A DNA stretch of 64,000 nucleotides from a virus: IMG/VR virus record IMGVR_UViG_3300025127_000009, positions 96,001 through 160,000 of that record. One strand, written 5' to 3'. The position numbers and the translations under genes are program-made. Below the pieces are notes generated by a model, which saw only the letters and a list, made by a program, of their open reading frames with translations, made no database searches and was not told the origin of the DNA. Shown here one piece after another: positions 1 to 9,509 of this stretch (the stretch's first letter is position 1; the number at the start of each line of letters is the position of its first letter).

Positions 1-20
1 CCCTCTGTTGTAAATAGTGT

Positions 21-842
21 CTACTCACGTATATGCTTCATATTAGCAAACCAGTTATTTACATTTTCGAGCCAACCAAGCGCTTTTGGGTGAGAATACA
101 AATCTCTACTGTAAGACCTTCCAGCATGAGAAGACAATACCATTTCATCTAACCAATGCTCCTCCCCTCTTGTGCCCTCTTCTAGAAATTGACACTCTTG
201 TCCTGCAGATTTTCTCCTAAGAGGCATTGGAATACCATCATATCCGTTTGTTTTTAAATTATGACAAAGTTGCCAGCCGGTATCCAAATCTAGTTTCATA
301 CCAGGATCATTTCCATATACATGTTGGTTTTCGCTGTTGATATCAATAATTCTTTTTGCATTTTCTTCTGGCTTAAAAGATATATTGCAATCCTTTATTA
401 TTTGTGTTTTGAATATTGACGTTACTACATTTGGAAAATTTTGATATTTTTTTGGTTCACCTTTACGATTAGGATCATACTGCGACCCAACTATCGCAAT
501 GTTATCTTTAATCTTTTCTAACATCAGTTTTTCCCAGTGCTGATTAAGATAGACAATATCACAATCAGTAACCAAGCAATGTTCTGCGTCAACATGTTCC
601 ATCAGCAAATCAAGTGCTTCTCCGTGGCCCATACTAAATTCCCCTGGAGAAATACAATCAAAAACTTCTATTTTATATTTCGATTTTATCTGCTTGGCCA
701 TAGGGATATATTCAGGTGTATCATTGACACCCAATAAAAATCTAAACTTTGTATCAAAATCTGCGGTCAACTCAATTGTATTAACCATCAATTGCACATA
801 GGGCAGAGAGTTTCTTCCACATGCAACTATAACATCAATCAT
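21..842 (-). CDS. GT-A fold glycosyltransferase (putative)
   Basis: N-terminal 'IDVIVAC', DxD motif 'LVTDCD', last gene of the sugar operon (ATGA overlap with upstream gene). Confidence 0.6.
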   Translation of the reverse strand: MIDVIVACGRNSLPYVQLMVNTIELTADFDTKFRFLLGVNDTPEYIPMAKQIKSKYKIEVFDCISPGEFSMGHGEALDLLMEHVDAEHCLVTDCDIVYLNQHWEKLMLEKIKDNIAIVGSQYDPNRKGEPKKYQNFPNVVTSIFKTQIIKDCNISFKPEENAKRIIDINSENQHVYGNDPGMKLDLDTGWQLCHNLKTNGYDGIPMPLRRKSAGQECQFLEEGTRGEEHWLDEMVLSSHAGRSYSRDLYSHPKALGWLENVNNWFANMKHIRE

Positions 843-2314
843 TTTTTATCTCCTATTTTTGATCTTTCAATCCCTATTTGTCGAACTGATTCAGGATCTT
901 CTGGTCTTTTGACAAAAAGCGCCTTACTTCTATTAATTGAGTCTTCATCGCTCATTATACTCCAAGTTATACATTTTCTTAAAAAACTAACTTTTGGAAC
1001 TCCATGATATGATTTATCTGTATTTTGAAATATAACTAATCTGTTTATTCTGGGTTTAACTTTGTGCACACAATAGGTCATATCATCATTCCAACATTCT
1101 AAATCTCCATCACTACCTTCACTGAGGTAGAGGAGGCACGTTATCTCTTTTCTAAGGTTGTTGGTAGGATGTCTCCTAGCATCGCTATGTATAAGTTGAA
1201 ATGATTTTGGTAGCATCATTCTAAGACCAGACCACCTCATTGTTTTGTCTGAAATGAGGTTTTGCACATTTGTTATTTCTGAAATTTCTTTTGTTGTATC
1301 ATCACTATGCACAAAATCTAAAAAGTCTTGCAAGGTATTACTAAGACCATCTTTCGAACTTATTGACAACATTAGATGCTCTAATGTGTTTTCTTTGTCA
1401 CCAACTTTTTTATGGCCTGAGTGCCATAAAGAATCAGATATATCAGGCCACTCATTTAATATTTCATTGAGGGCTTCCTGTTTTAAAAAATTATCAACAA
1501 TCCATATTTTAAAGGGTGATTGAGTGTGTTGTGACAGCCTGTATTCGCCAATGTTTTTATCTTTTCGTTTCATTTTTTTTAATATTCCATCGTCATGAGA
1601 TTCAAGTTTTAAATATACTTTTTTGTTTCCTAATGTTAGATAGGGAGATTTTTTCTTATCAAATGTTAAAGATAGTATTTCATTAAGAAACAATTCTTTG
1701 TCTTTAATAAACTTATTTGAAATTTCATGATTTAAGTCTGAATTTTTAAAATATTTAAAATCTTCATCGTGCGTCATCAGAGATAATTGTGTATGATCAT
1801 TTTTCAGTGTGCTTTTAAAATTATCTTTCAACATCGAAAGTCCTATTTCATTAGCCTTAAAAAATAGATCTTCTGCTGTCTGGTCCCGATTAACCAAAAA
1901 ACATCTTGTGTCTATTATTTTTCCCTCATCTAGTTTTTCATCCATAAAATGCATCGTGCTTCCATGAAATTTTTCTTTATTTCTAATAACCCAAGTCGCA
2001 CAGTGACGTCCTCTGTATTTTAGTCTATAAGAATGATGAAAATTTATTATTCCTCGCGGTACGCGAGTTAATTGTTCTTTTTTTATTATTCTCCAGTAAC
2101 CCAAAGAAAAAATAATGTCTGACTTGTCTATTAATTCTTCAAGTGATTGTGATTCTACTAAATTGATGCAGTTTTCTTTTAGGAAATTAGAATCATTTGT
2201 CAATATTCCAGATATATTAAAGTAATCAGAAGTCTCTTCTTCTAATAAAATCCACTTCAAATAAGAAGCAAAACTATTTTGTTTAGCGTTAAATAATATG
2301 CCGCAGTTTATCAT
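839..2314 (-). CDS. Sugar N-formyltransferase fused to 2OG-Fe(II) oxygenase
   Basis: Formyltransferase motifs 'IINFHHS..KYRG' and 'HFMDEKLDEG'; C-half HxD..H..R ('IHSD','SYHGV','RKCIT'); junction lies on an A8 run. Confidence 0.75.
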   Translation of the reverse strand: MINCGILFNAKQNSFASYLKWILLEEETSDYFNISGILTNDSNFLKENCINLVESQSLEELIDKSDIIFSLGYWRIIKKEQLTRVPRGIINFHHSYRLKYRGRHCATWVIRNKEKFHGSTMHFMDEKLDEGKIIDTRCFLVNRDQTAEDLFFKANEIGLSMLKDNFKSTLKNDHTQLSLMTHDEDFKYFKNSDLNHEISNKFIKDKELFLNEILSLTFDKKKSPYLTLGNKKVYLKLESHDDGILKKMKRKDKNIGEYRLSQHTQSPFKIWIVDNFLKQEALNEILNEWPDISDSLWHSGHKKVGDKENTLEHLMLSISSKDGLSNTLQDFLDFVHSDDTTKEISEITNVQNLISDKTMRWSGLRMMLPKSFQLIHSDARRHPTNNLRKEITCLLYLSEGSDGDLECWNDDMTYCVHKVKPRINRLVIFQNTDKSYHGVPKVSFLRKCITWSIMSDEDSINRSKALFVKRPEDPESVRQIGIERSKIGDKK

Positions 2315-3447
2315 TGTTTGTTAATAACACCTAATAGCGAATCTGCTATGTATTTTACATCTTTTTCTGATAGCCACCAACCACAAGGTAAACTAATTTG
2401 ATGTGCGGCAAACTTGTTGGTGTTAACTAGATCATTTCCAGTCTCTTTAAAGCAATCATATGGATGATTGGGGACGTGAATAACGCCGGTATGAATATCT
2501 AAATTTGCCATATCGCTAATAACTCTGTCACGATTAATAGAAGAATCTAGAAGAACCGTATAAATCCAATAGGCTGGATCCATGTGATTATCAATTTTAA
2601 GCGGAGTAATATTTTTGTTTTTTAAAAAATAATTTTTATAAAGAGCCGCATTGTTTTTGTGAGTTCCTACTATAAAATCTTTTCGCTCTAAATTAGATAT
2701 TCCAATGGCTGCTGAAAGGTTGTTCATGTTTAATTTCCATCCAACCTCTTTTATGTTTGAATCCCATCTACGACCTTTCCAATTTCCATCTTCATCCTTA
2801 AGGCGATCTCTGTCAAAACCGTACCATTTTAGTCTGGCAGCATATTCATGATCATTGTCATTTAGACAAACAATCGCTCCCCCATCTCCGGTCGTAATGT
2901 GCTTTATAGCCTGAAAACTATAGCAAGTTATATCTGCCCAATGACTAACTTCTTTATTCTTGTAAGTGCTCCCGAAAGAGTGCGCAGCGTCTTGGATAAG
3001 TTTTATCCCATTTTCCCTACATATACTTTGCAACTTTTCTAATTTACAAGGGACACCAGCCCAGTTTACGCATATAACTGCTTTTGTTTTGTTGGTTATC
3101 TTTCGTATTACGTCTTCTGGGTCTATGTTTCCTGTTTCATATTCAATATCTGCCCATATTGTTTTTGCACCTAGCCACTCAGTTGAAACGTTTGTCGCAA
3201 CACAAGTCATTGATGGGGCAATTACTTCGTCTCCAAAGCCGACGCCTGCTATTTTCAAAGCCATCATGAGGGATCCGGTGCAAGAACTTGTCATAGTTAC
3301 ATTGTCTTGATCAAGAATCTCTTTTAGTAATCTTCTTATTTCTAATACTTCTCTACCTTCATTTAGAAATCCAGATTCTAAAACCTTTCTAATTCTTGAC
3401 ATTACATCTTCTATATCAACATGAACTTTAAACAAGGGGTATTTCAT
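2311..3447 (-). CDS. DegT/DnrJ/EryC1/StrS PLP-dependent sugar aminotransferase
   Basis: 'IQDAAHSFG' and 'YSFQAIKHITTGDGG' with the PLP lysine. Confidence 0.92.
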   Translation of the reverse strand: MKYPLFKVHVDIEDVMSRIRKVLESGFLNEGREVLEIRRLLKEILDQDNVTMTSSCTGSLMMALKIAGVGFGDEVIAPSMTCVATNVSTEWLGAKTIWADIEYETGNIDPEDVIRKITNKTKAVICVNWAGVPCKLEKLQSICRENGIKLIQDAAHSFGSTYKNKEVSHWADITCYSFQAIKHITTGDGGAIVCLNDNDHEYAARLKWYGFDRDRLKDEDGNWKGRRWDSNIKEVGWKLNMNNLSAAIGISNLERKDFIVGTHKNNAALYKNYFLKNKNITPLKIDNHMDPAYWIYTVLLDSSINRDRVISDMANLDIHTGVIHVPNHPYDCFKETGNDLVNTNKFAAHQISLPCGWWLSEKDVKYIADSLLGVINKQ

Positions 3448-4457
3448 TTTCTTACCTCATCGATGTTTTTCCCCACAAAATCTGAAATCTCTTTGTTCAA
3501 GATTTCTAGGCTTTCTAAATAATCTTTCAATTCTTGTTTTGTGACCAAAGATTTAGAACTATCCATTGAATAATCTTTTTCTTCATTAAAGGGCATTGTA
3601 TATGAAGGTGAAACTGCAAGATATTTTTCTACTTTTCTAGTTCTCAGAGACTCTGAATCATTAATAAGGTCTTCGTGTATTTTTTCACCGGGCCTCATTC
3701 CAATTATCTCTATTGGTTTGCCAGAAATTTCAGAAAATATTTCTGCTAAATCTATCACTTTCATCGATTTCAACTCTGGAATCCAGGTTTCTCCTGTTTT
3801 ACCAAATTTCATAGAAGCATCTATCAAGTCAACACTCTCTTCTAAAGTCATAATATATCTTGTCATTCTTTTGTCTGTTACAGTTATTTTTTCTTTGTGT
3901 TCTGATTGATATTTGAACAAAGGTATAATACTACCTCTAGAATTTAATACATTTCCATATCTGACTGCGACAAAATTAATATTTAAGCCTAAATCACTAA
4001 CAGATGTCACTATTCTTTCCGCAATTGACTTACACATACCATAAACATTTATTGGGGAGCATGCCTTGTCTGTACTGACCATTAAAACCGTTTCTAAGTT
4101 ATTTAACTTCTCATGATTGTCTTTTACAACATCAACAACGTTTTCAATTCCAAGAATATTTGTTTTTATGCTCTCAAGAGGCGATTTTTCACATACATCA
4201 ACATGTTTGAGGGCAGATGCAAGTATTATGTGGGTTGGTTTGAAATTTAAAATTGCATCTTTGCATCTTTGTTGGTCTCTTATATCTCCAACAATAAATG
4301 AAAGATTTTCATGACCCATTTCATTCCTGATTGTCCAATGTTTGGATTCATCTCTAGAAAAAACACAAACCTTGTTACTCAAGATGTACCTTTTGATAAG
4401 CGTCTTACCAAGAGATCCAGTTCCTCCAAAAATTAGTATTTTTTTGTTTTTCATCAA
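3444..4457 (-). CDS. UDP-GlcNAc 4,6-dehydratase-like SDR (PseB/FnlA/CapD family)
   Basis: 'GGTGSLG', 'STDKA..P.NVYG..K', 'RYGNV..SRGS.IP.F', 'RPGEKIHE'. Confidence 0.9.
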   Translation of the reverse strand: MMKNKKILIFGGTGSLGKTLIKRYILSNKVCVFSRDESKHWTIRNEMGHENLSFIVGDIRDQQRCKDAILNFKPTHIILASALKHVDVCEKSPLESIKTNILGIENVVDVVKDNHEKLNNLETVLMVSTDKACSPINVYGMCKSIAERIVTSVSDLGLNINFVAVRYGNVLNSRGSIIPLFKYQSEHKEKITVTDKRMTRYIMTLEESVDLIDASMKFGKTGETWIPELKSMKVIDLAEIFSEISGKPIEIIGMRPGEKIHEDLINDSESLRTRKVEKYLAVSPSYTMPFNEEKDYSMDSSKSLVTKQELKDYLESLEILNKEISDFVGKNIDEVRK

Positions 4458-4509
4458 ATATTCCTAAAATAATCAATGAAATTATATCATAGGTATAAAA
4501 TAATTTTAA

Positions 4510-5406
4510 TTATAAGAGTTCAGTGTCTGGAGTTTCCCTGTATTTCTTTCTTGTTGACTTCATATACTCATAAACTCTTTTTCTTATTCTTTTTTGGTTT
4601 TGTTCTGAGTGATTTTCTATGTTAAATCTGTCATCCCTGTCTGATTCGTAATATTTCGTAATGAATTCTTCTACAAATTGCGCAGGAGTAAGTTCCTCCA
4701 TCCAATACGAATCCCCAGCCTTGGCTTCTCTCTCAAATTGACGAAAAGCCTCAATTAATCTGGCTTGTATCTCCTCTGTGGAGTCAACATATTCTTGAGA
4801 AGTTACATCAAATTGCTTTTTACCGCCCTTTGCCCTATACTGTTTAAAATTTGACCTAACAGAGTTAAGAAAGTGTGTTAGTTCATGATCTAGTACTTTA
4901 ACTAACTGCGATTTGTAAAAATTAAAGACTTCCGTGCCTTTATAAAAATTCTCATCTATTTTTCCTCTGTGGTAGAGATACATAACACCTTTAGAATCCA
5001 TTCCACCGCCAACATCGACTTGGCCGAATGGGTCTACTTGAAATAACAAGATTTTAAAGTTCTTCAAGGCGTTGCGAAAACTCACCATAGAATCAAAGAC
5101 TTCAAGAGAAAGGGGAACTTCCTCGCTGTATTTTAGCCACAGACTTTTAATTACTTCTTCTTTAAGTTCAAAAGCAACGGCCCAAGTTACAGTAAAATCA
5201 CCAATACCCTCTTTTCTGTTCTGCATTGATTCGTATTTGTCAAAAGGTGGCAAAAACCATCGGTCAGAAGCGGGCTGCGCAATTGAATATTTAAAATTTT
5301 CTATTTTTAAAACTCTTCTTACAAAAAAGGCTAAAATATCTTGATAAACATCATCTGTCTTTCTTTCGTTTAGATACTTTCTCCAATTTTCCATCAAAAT
5401 CTTCAC
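4510..5406 (-). CDS. W-leader protein with HExxH zinc-metallopeptidase-like motif
   Basis: N-term MKILMENWRKYLNE; 'DHELTH' plus downstream 'EEIQAR'. Confidence 0.6.
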   Translation of the reverse strand: MKILMENWRKYLNERKTDDVYQDILAFFVRRVLKIENFKYSIAQPASDRWFLPPFDKYESMQNRKEGIGDFTVTWAVAFELKEEVIKSLWLKYSEEVPLSLEVFDSMVSFRNALKNFKILLFQVDPFGQVDVGGGMDSKGVMYLYHRGKIDENFYKGTEVFNFYKSQLVKVLDHELTHFLNSVRSNFKQYRAKGGKKQFDVTSQEYVDSTEEIQARLIEAFRQFEREAKAGDSYWMEELTPAQFVEEFITKYYESDRDDRFNIENHSEQNQKRIRKRVYEYMKSTRKKYRETPDTELL

Positions 5407-5735
5407 TTATACACCTCTGCCAGACCTTCTTTTATAAGTAGTTGATTGATATTGACATTATCTACTAATATTTCGCCCAAACAGCGACCAAATTTGCCAA
5501 CACCTTTAGATTTTAAGATAAATTTTCCGTCAGAGGCCTCTAAAACGGCTTCTAAGCGACGTTTTGATGCTAGTCCAGCCTTCTTCTCGTCTGAATCTTT
5601 TGAGCGCGTCTCAGGGGCGTTAATTCCGAATAATCTAACACGTTTTTTGAGAGAAATACCAAAACCTAAGTCAATTTTGACGTCAATCGTGTCTCCGTCA
5701 ATAATTTTTATTAATTTGGCACGATACTCATACAT
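5403..5735 (-). CDS. Thermonuclease (SNase-like) family nuclease
   Basis: 'IIDGDTID', 'RVRLFGINAPE', 'GKFGRCLG', 'NINQLLIKEGLA'. Confidence 0.85.
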   Translation of the reverse strand: MYEYRAKLIKIIDGDTIDVKIDLGFGISLKKRVRLFGINAPETRSKDSDEKKAGLASKRRLEAVLEASDGKFILKSKGVGKFGRCLGEILVDNVNINQLLIKEGLAEVYK

Positions 5736-6510
5736 TTTCCGTGATTTTTACGGTTAAATGTGATGATGACATCATTTTATCGTAGGATAAGACCTTAAGG
5801 GTTGTAACAATTTCTAGAATTCCATTGTTTCGAAGTATTTTGAATGCTAAATTCTCTGGAGAGTAGATTCCTTCTCTCTCTAGGCCACTTACCCTCATGT
5901 TTTTGGTTTTTTTCTTGAATTTTTCACACAAACTGTAGACTAATTTGTATTCCTTCTCCGCAAAGAGGTCTTGAATCTTTTCTACTTCGTCATTCAGGGC
6001 ACTTGCCTTCTTCTCTGCAGTGAGAAGATCCAATTCAACGTCATCTCTCGATGGTTCTTCAAGCCATTCACCTGTCTTGATAGAGTAGAGGCCCAAAGAT
6101 TTGTGTTCTTCGTTGATATCTTGAAAATAAATTTCAACTTCGTGACCATTTATTATAATTGTGTGGTTTTTGTTCCACAAAGTCTTCTGAGAGTTAAGAT
6201 ATTTACCCACAAGTTCATCATTTTGATCAACATCGGCAAAATCTAGCATAATATGAAGGTCTATGTCAGACAAATTGTGCCAATTATATGACGCAATTGA
6301 TCCGGTGATCGTTATATCTTTAATTTTGCCTTCTAGGTTTAGTTCTGCAATGATATCTTCGGCAATTTTCATTAATTTTCGTCTGACGTTAACGTCTAGA
6401 CGGTCTCTAAACCAAAACTTTGGATGAAGAGTGTCTTTAACTTTCATATCGGAAGTGTCAAACTCTTCTTCTTTAAGAAAATTTTTCCAATTTTTAGCCA
6501 AACTGCTCAT
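5728..6510 (-). CDS. Pol-beta superfamily nucleotidyltransferase with W-leader
   Basis: 'ITGSIASYNWHNLSDIDLHI' (GS..DxD); N-term SLAKNWKNFLKEEE. Confidence 0.7.
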   Translation of the reverse strand: MSSLAKNWKNFLKEEEFDTSDMKVKDTLHPKFWFRDRLDVNVRRKLMKIAEDIIAELNLEGKIKDITITGSIASYNWHNLSDIDLHIMLDFADVDQNDELVGKYLNSQKTLWNKNHTIIINGHEVEIYFQDINEEHKSLGLYSIKTGEWLEEPSRDDVELDLLTAEKKASALNDEVEKIQDLFAEKEYKLVYSLCEKFKKKTKNMRVSGLEREGIYSPENLAFKILRNNGILEIVTTLKVLSYDKMMSSSHLTVKITENV

Positions 6511-6919
6511 CTTTTACTACCTCAATCGCTATTTTTTCGAATTTTGAAGGATTTTGTATCTTCATAACGTCTACAAATGCGTGATCAGTGTGCTCATTGC
6601 TTAAAATTATGTTTCCTTTTTCATGAACTGATCTAAAATATGCAATATTTTCTTTTTTTGTATACAACGTTGCTCGAAATATTTCTAAACCAGTTTCTTC
6701 TTCAACTTCTCTCTTCAATCCATCAAGCATGCTTTCACCTTCCTTAATATGACCACCAGGTAAATCCATTTCACCGGCATATTTTTCCATATAATTTGAT
6801 CTTTTCAAGAAAAGAACATGATTGTGCTTGTTTAAAAGAACTAATTTAACAACTTGCGACGTATCTGGAGATTCATTTTCTAACAAGTACTGTCTCCACT
6901 CTTTAAAAATCGATTTCAT
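6494..6919 (-). CDS. Nudix hydrolase with W-leader
   Basis: Nudix box 'PGGHIKEGESMLDGLKREVEEETGL'; N-term SIFKEWRQYLLENE. Confidence 0.9.
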   Translation of the reverse strand: MKSIFKEWRQYLLENESPDTSQVVKLVLLNKHNHVLFLKRSNYMEKYAGEMDLPGGHIKEGESMLDGLKREVEEETGLEIFRATLYTKKENIAYFRSVHEKGNIILSNEHTDHAFVDVMKIQNPSKFEKIAIEVVKDEQFG

Positions 6920-6933
6920 AAGACAAAAGCCTC

Positions 6934-7125
6934 CTAGATGTCTATAATTATAACTCTAGAAGAAACTTCTGAATCTTCTTCGTCAACGTCATGCGACATT
7001 TCAGGCACTTCTAAATCAATGTGTAGTGGAATCTGGCAGGGTGATTCTTCCTCTTCCGGAAGATCCCACAAATACCAGTCATCAAAATTTAGAAAATGTC
7101 CCATACATTTAATTAGGGACTCCAT
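6934..7125 (-). CDS. Small acidic hypothetical protein
   Basis: GGAG RBS; tight packing with neighbours. Confidence 0.5.
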   Translation of the reverse strand: MESLIKCMGHFLNFDDWYLWDLPEEEESPCQIPLHIDLEVPEMSHDVDEEDSEVSSRVIIIDI

Positions 7126-7436
7126 TTTATATTCTCCTCTATGTTGTCACTAATTCTATTTCCATTTATCCACAAGGAACATACCGGCCCTTCTATTGGG
7201 TTAATAGTTCTTAGTAAATAAACAGCCTCTTCCACCTTATTTAACTGAATTATTCTTATTTTATCAAAAGCACCTTCTGCTTCATCAAAGAAAAAACCGT
7301 ATTTTTTTAAATATTCAGTGTAATTTACTGGGTTGTGTATGACAACGACAACATCTTCGTGATGAAGAAGAGAAATATAATTGCCTATTAGTTCATCTAG
7401 ATCAACATGATAGCATATGTGATCTATTCTTCTCAT
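7113..7436 (-). CDS. Hypothetical protein
   Basis: ATGA-coupled to upstream gene. Confidence 0.55.
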   Translation of the reverse strand: MRRIDHICYHVDLDELIGNYISLLHHEDVVVVIHNPVNYTEYLKKYGFFFDEAEGAFDKIRIIQLNKVEEAVYLLRTINPIEGPVCSLWINGNRISDNIEENIKWSP

Positions 7437-7930
7437 TTGGAGTGTTTATCAGCAACTGTTTGGCTAGCCCATGCGTTTGGTTTAAGTTTGCATTCTAGTC
7501 CATATCCTGATACGTATCCTTTAAGCATCTCCGAATGCTTTGATGTACCATTGTTTGACGCAAATGGTGAGACGTCTAAGTGAAGTTCTATGTTTGATGG
7601 TTCAATATCGTGATTTGTCATTAGTAATTCAGCAACACGGACAGATCTTCTTGTTTCCTCCGTAATTCTTGTTACTAAATTTTTATAACTTGAGGGACTT
7701 AGATTTTCTTTAAAGAAAAAATATCTACCTCTTGTGCCATTTCCGTGAAGACATATTGTAGTGGCAAAACAAACTTTGCCTTTTGAGGGAAAAGAATCAG
7801 ATCCAATATAGATTGTTGCACCTTTTTCTAATCTTTCATCAATAATGTTAAGAATTTCTTTAAAGGTAGTCTTTTTTCTAGAGCCAGTATACCATATAGT
7901 GCTTAAGTATTCTGCGTTATCCTCTAACAT
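7433..7930 (-). CDS. RNase H-like YkuK family protein
   Basis: 'IYIGSDS', 'RITEETRRS', 'IELHLDV', 'KPNAWASQTVADK'. Confidence 0.75.
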   Translation of the reverse strand: MLEDNAEYLSTIWYTGSRKKTTFKEILNIIDERLEKGATIYIGSDSFPSKGKVCFATTICLHGNGTRGRYFFFKENLSPSSYKNLVTRITEETRRSVRVAELLMTNHDIEPSNIELHLDVSPFASNNGTSKHSEMLKGYVSGYGLECKLKPNAWASQTVADKHSK

Positions 7931-8126
7931 AAAAATTGCCTCTCTTCTTAAGTACTACGTTAGTTTTAATATAATTATCTTTATTTTTAATTTCTACATC
8001 GTAGTGACCATCTAAGAGGCCTCTTCTTTCTTCTTCTTTCATCATATGTCTCATAGTGAGGTATATGCTTAACAAAGTGATGATAGAACCCATCATCATT
8101 CCAATTCCTAGAAGTTCCATGTACAC
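7917..8126 (-). CDS. Small membrane protein
   Basis: AGGAG RBS; N-terminal hydrophobic helix. Confidence 0.55.
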   Translation of the reverse strand: MYMELLGIGMMMGSIITLLSIYLTMRHMMKEEERRGLLDGHYDVEIKNKDNYIKTNVVLKKRGNFYVRG

Positions 8127-8176
8127 TCCTTTGTGATGGATCTAATTATAGCATATATCTTTTAGAAAAAAAAGAC

Positions 8177-8983
8177 TTATTTTTCAAAAATTTCAAGGAG
8201 AGCCATTTTTACATGTTTTCTAATTGTGTCCAAGTCCCTTTCTGGCAAATCAGACGTGTTGTCGTTATAGTAAAGTGCATTATCAATATCTGTCATGATA
8301 CTTTCAATTTTATCTTCCGTTGTATCTGCCTGGAATGTTTCAAATAAGTTTTTTAAGAACTCAACGCCTTTCTTCGCTGCGCCTTTCATTTGCCTACCAG
8401 CATCCTCTGCGTCATCTAGAAAAGCATCAACATTTTTCATATATTCAGAATCGGCATAGATATCTTCTTCTTCCTCTTCTTCAGGTTCTTTTTGACCAGG
8501 AGATTCGCCTGTTAACAAAAATTTAATTAATTCTTCTTTTGTAACCTCTTGGCCCATTGGAAAGTCTTCTGATGTGGCACCAAGCATTCTTAGCGACATA
8601 TCTCTGCTTGATCGATCTAGACCTGTAATTCTTTCTGACTCTAGGTGTTCGTTTAGCGCACGAAGTTCCATGTCTAAGAATCTATCGCTTTGAGCCAACT
8701 TTTTCTTTTGTGCGTCGGTCATTTTACCTTTGACAACCATTTGTTCTATTTTGGCTTTAGGTGCGGCTTCCGCACCGCCAGTTGGAGCCATAGGAGCCAG
8801 TACAGCAAAGGCTAATGCCATCGCTTTAAGTGCATTGCTTGATTTTGATGATATTTTTTGCAAGATCCCTTCCTTTACTAATTGTTCGTAGATTATATCT
8901 TGATATAACTGCAAGTTCTCTTCTGTTATCATATCATCATCAATAAATGATTTCCAGTTTTCCATTATAATTTTGTGTTTCAT
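8177..8983 (-). CDS. W-leader protein with internal hydrophobic segment
   Basis: Start moved to MKHKIIMENWKSF (AAGGA RBS just after the upstream stop); 'ALKAMALAFAVLAPMA'. Confidence 0.65.
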   Translation of the reverse strand: MKHKIIMENWKSFIDDDMITEENLQLYQDIIYEQLVKEGILQKISSKSSNALKAMALAFAVLAPMAPTGGAEAAPKAKIEQMVVKGKMTDAQKKKLAQSDRFLDMELRALNEHLESERITGLDRSSRDMSLRMLGATSEDFPMGQEVTKEELIKFLLTGESPGQKEPEEEEEEDIYADSEYMKNVDAFLDDAEDAGRQMKGAAKKGVEFLKNLFETFQADTTEDKIESIMTDIDNALYYNDNTSDLPERDLDTIRKHVKMALLEIFEK

Positions 8984-8993
8984 GTTAATGTCC

Positions 8994-9509
8994 TTACCAT
9001 TTTCTACAGGACCAGTATCTTGCTTTTGTTTTTGGTCCTGGATTGTCACAATTGTGTCTAGCCCTAAATGATTTTCTACGCTTTGGGTTGGACTTCTTAA
9101 TTCTCATGTTTGGATCACCAAAGTTAACCTTTTTTATATTTTTAGTTTTAGGGTCTTTTACAAATACTTTAAACTTTTTTACGTCACCTCTCATTGGCTT
9201 GTTAAGTTTAACTTTGCGGCCACGATATTCTGCTTCTACAACAACATCGTCCCAAAATTCTAGGTCTTCCTCTACAACAGAACCATCTTCATATAGTGCA
9301 TCTGAGATATAAAAATAACTTTCATCTAAGTCATCAATATCATAATTATCGTAATCTTCGTCCTCGAATTCATCATCATCATCTTCTTCGTAATCAAATT
9401 CACGGTCATCTTCATAATATCCTGGAGGTGCCTTAGCAGATCTAGGATCACTCATCTTAAGCCCTTCAGTGAATTTTCTCCAGTTTTCTAGTATAAGTTT
9501 GATACTCAT
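8994..9509 (-). CDS. W-leader protein: acidic N-half, basic conserved phage domain
   Basis: MSIKLILENWRKFTE; 'AEYRGRKVKLNKPMRGDVKKFKV..RRKSFRARHNCDNPGPKTKARYWSCRKW' resembles a family I recall from large-phage hypotheticals. Confidence 0.75.
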   Translation of the reverse strand: MSIKLILENWRKFTEGLKMSDPRSAKAPPGYYEDDREFDYEEDDDDEFEDEDYDNYDIDDLDESYFYISDALYEDGSVVEEDLEFWDDVVVEAEYRGRKVKLNKPMRGDVKKFKVFVKDPKTKNIKKVNFGDPNMRIKKSNPKRRKSFRARHNCDNPGPKTKARYWSCRKW

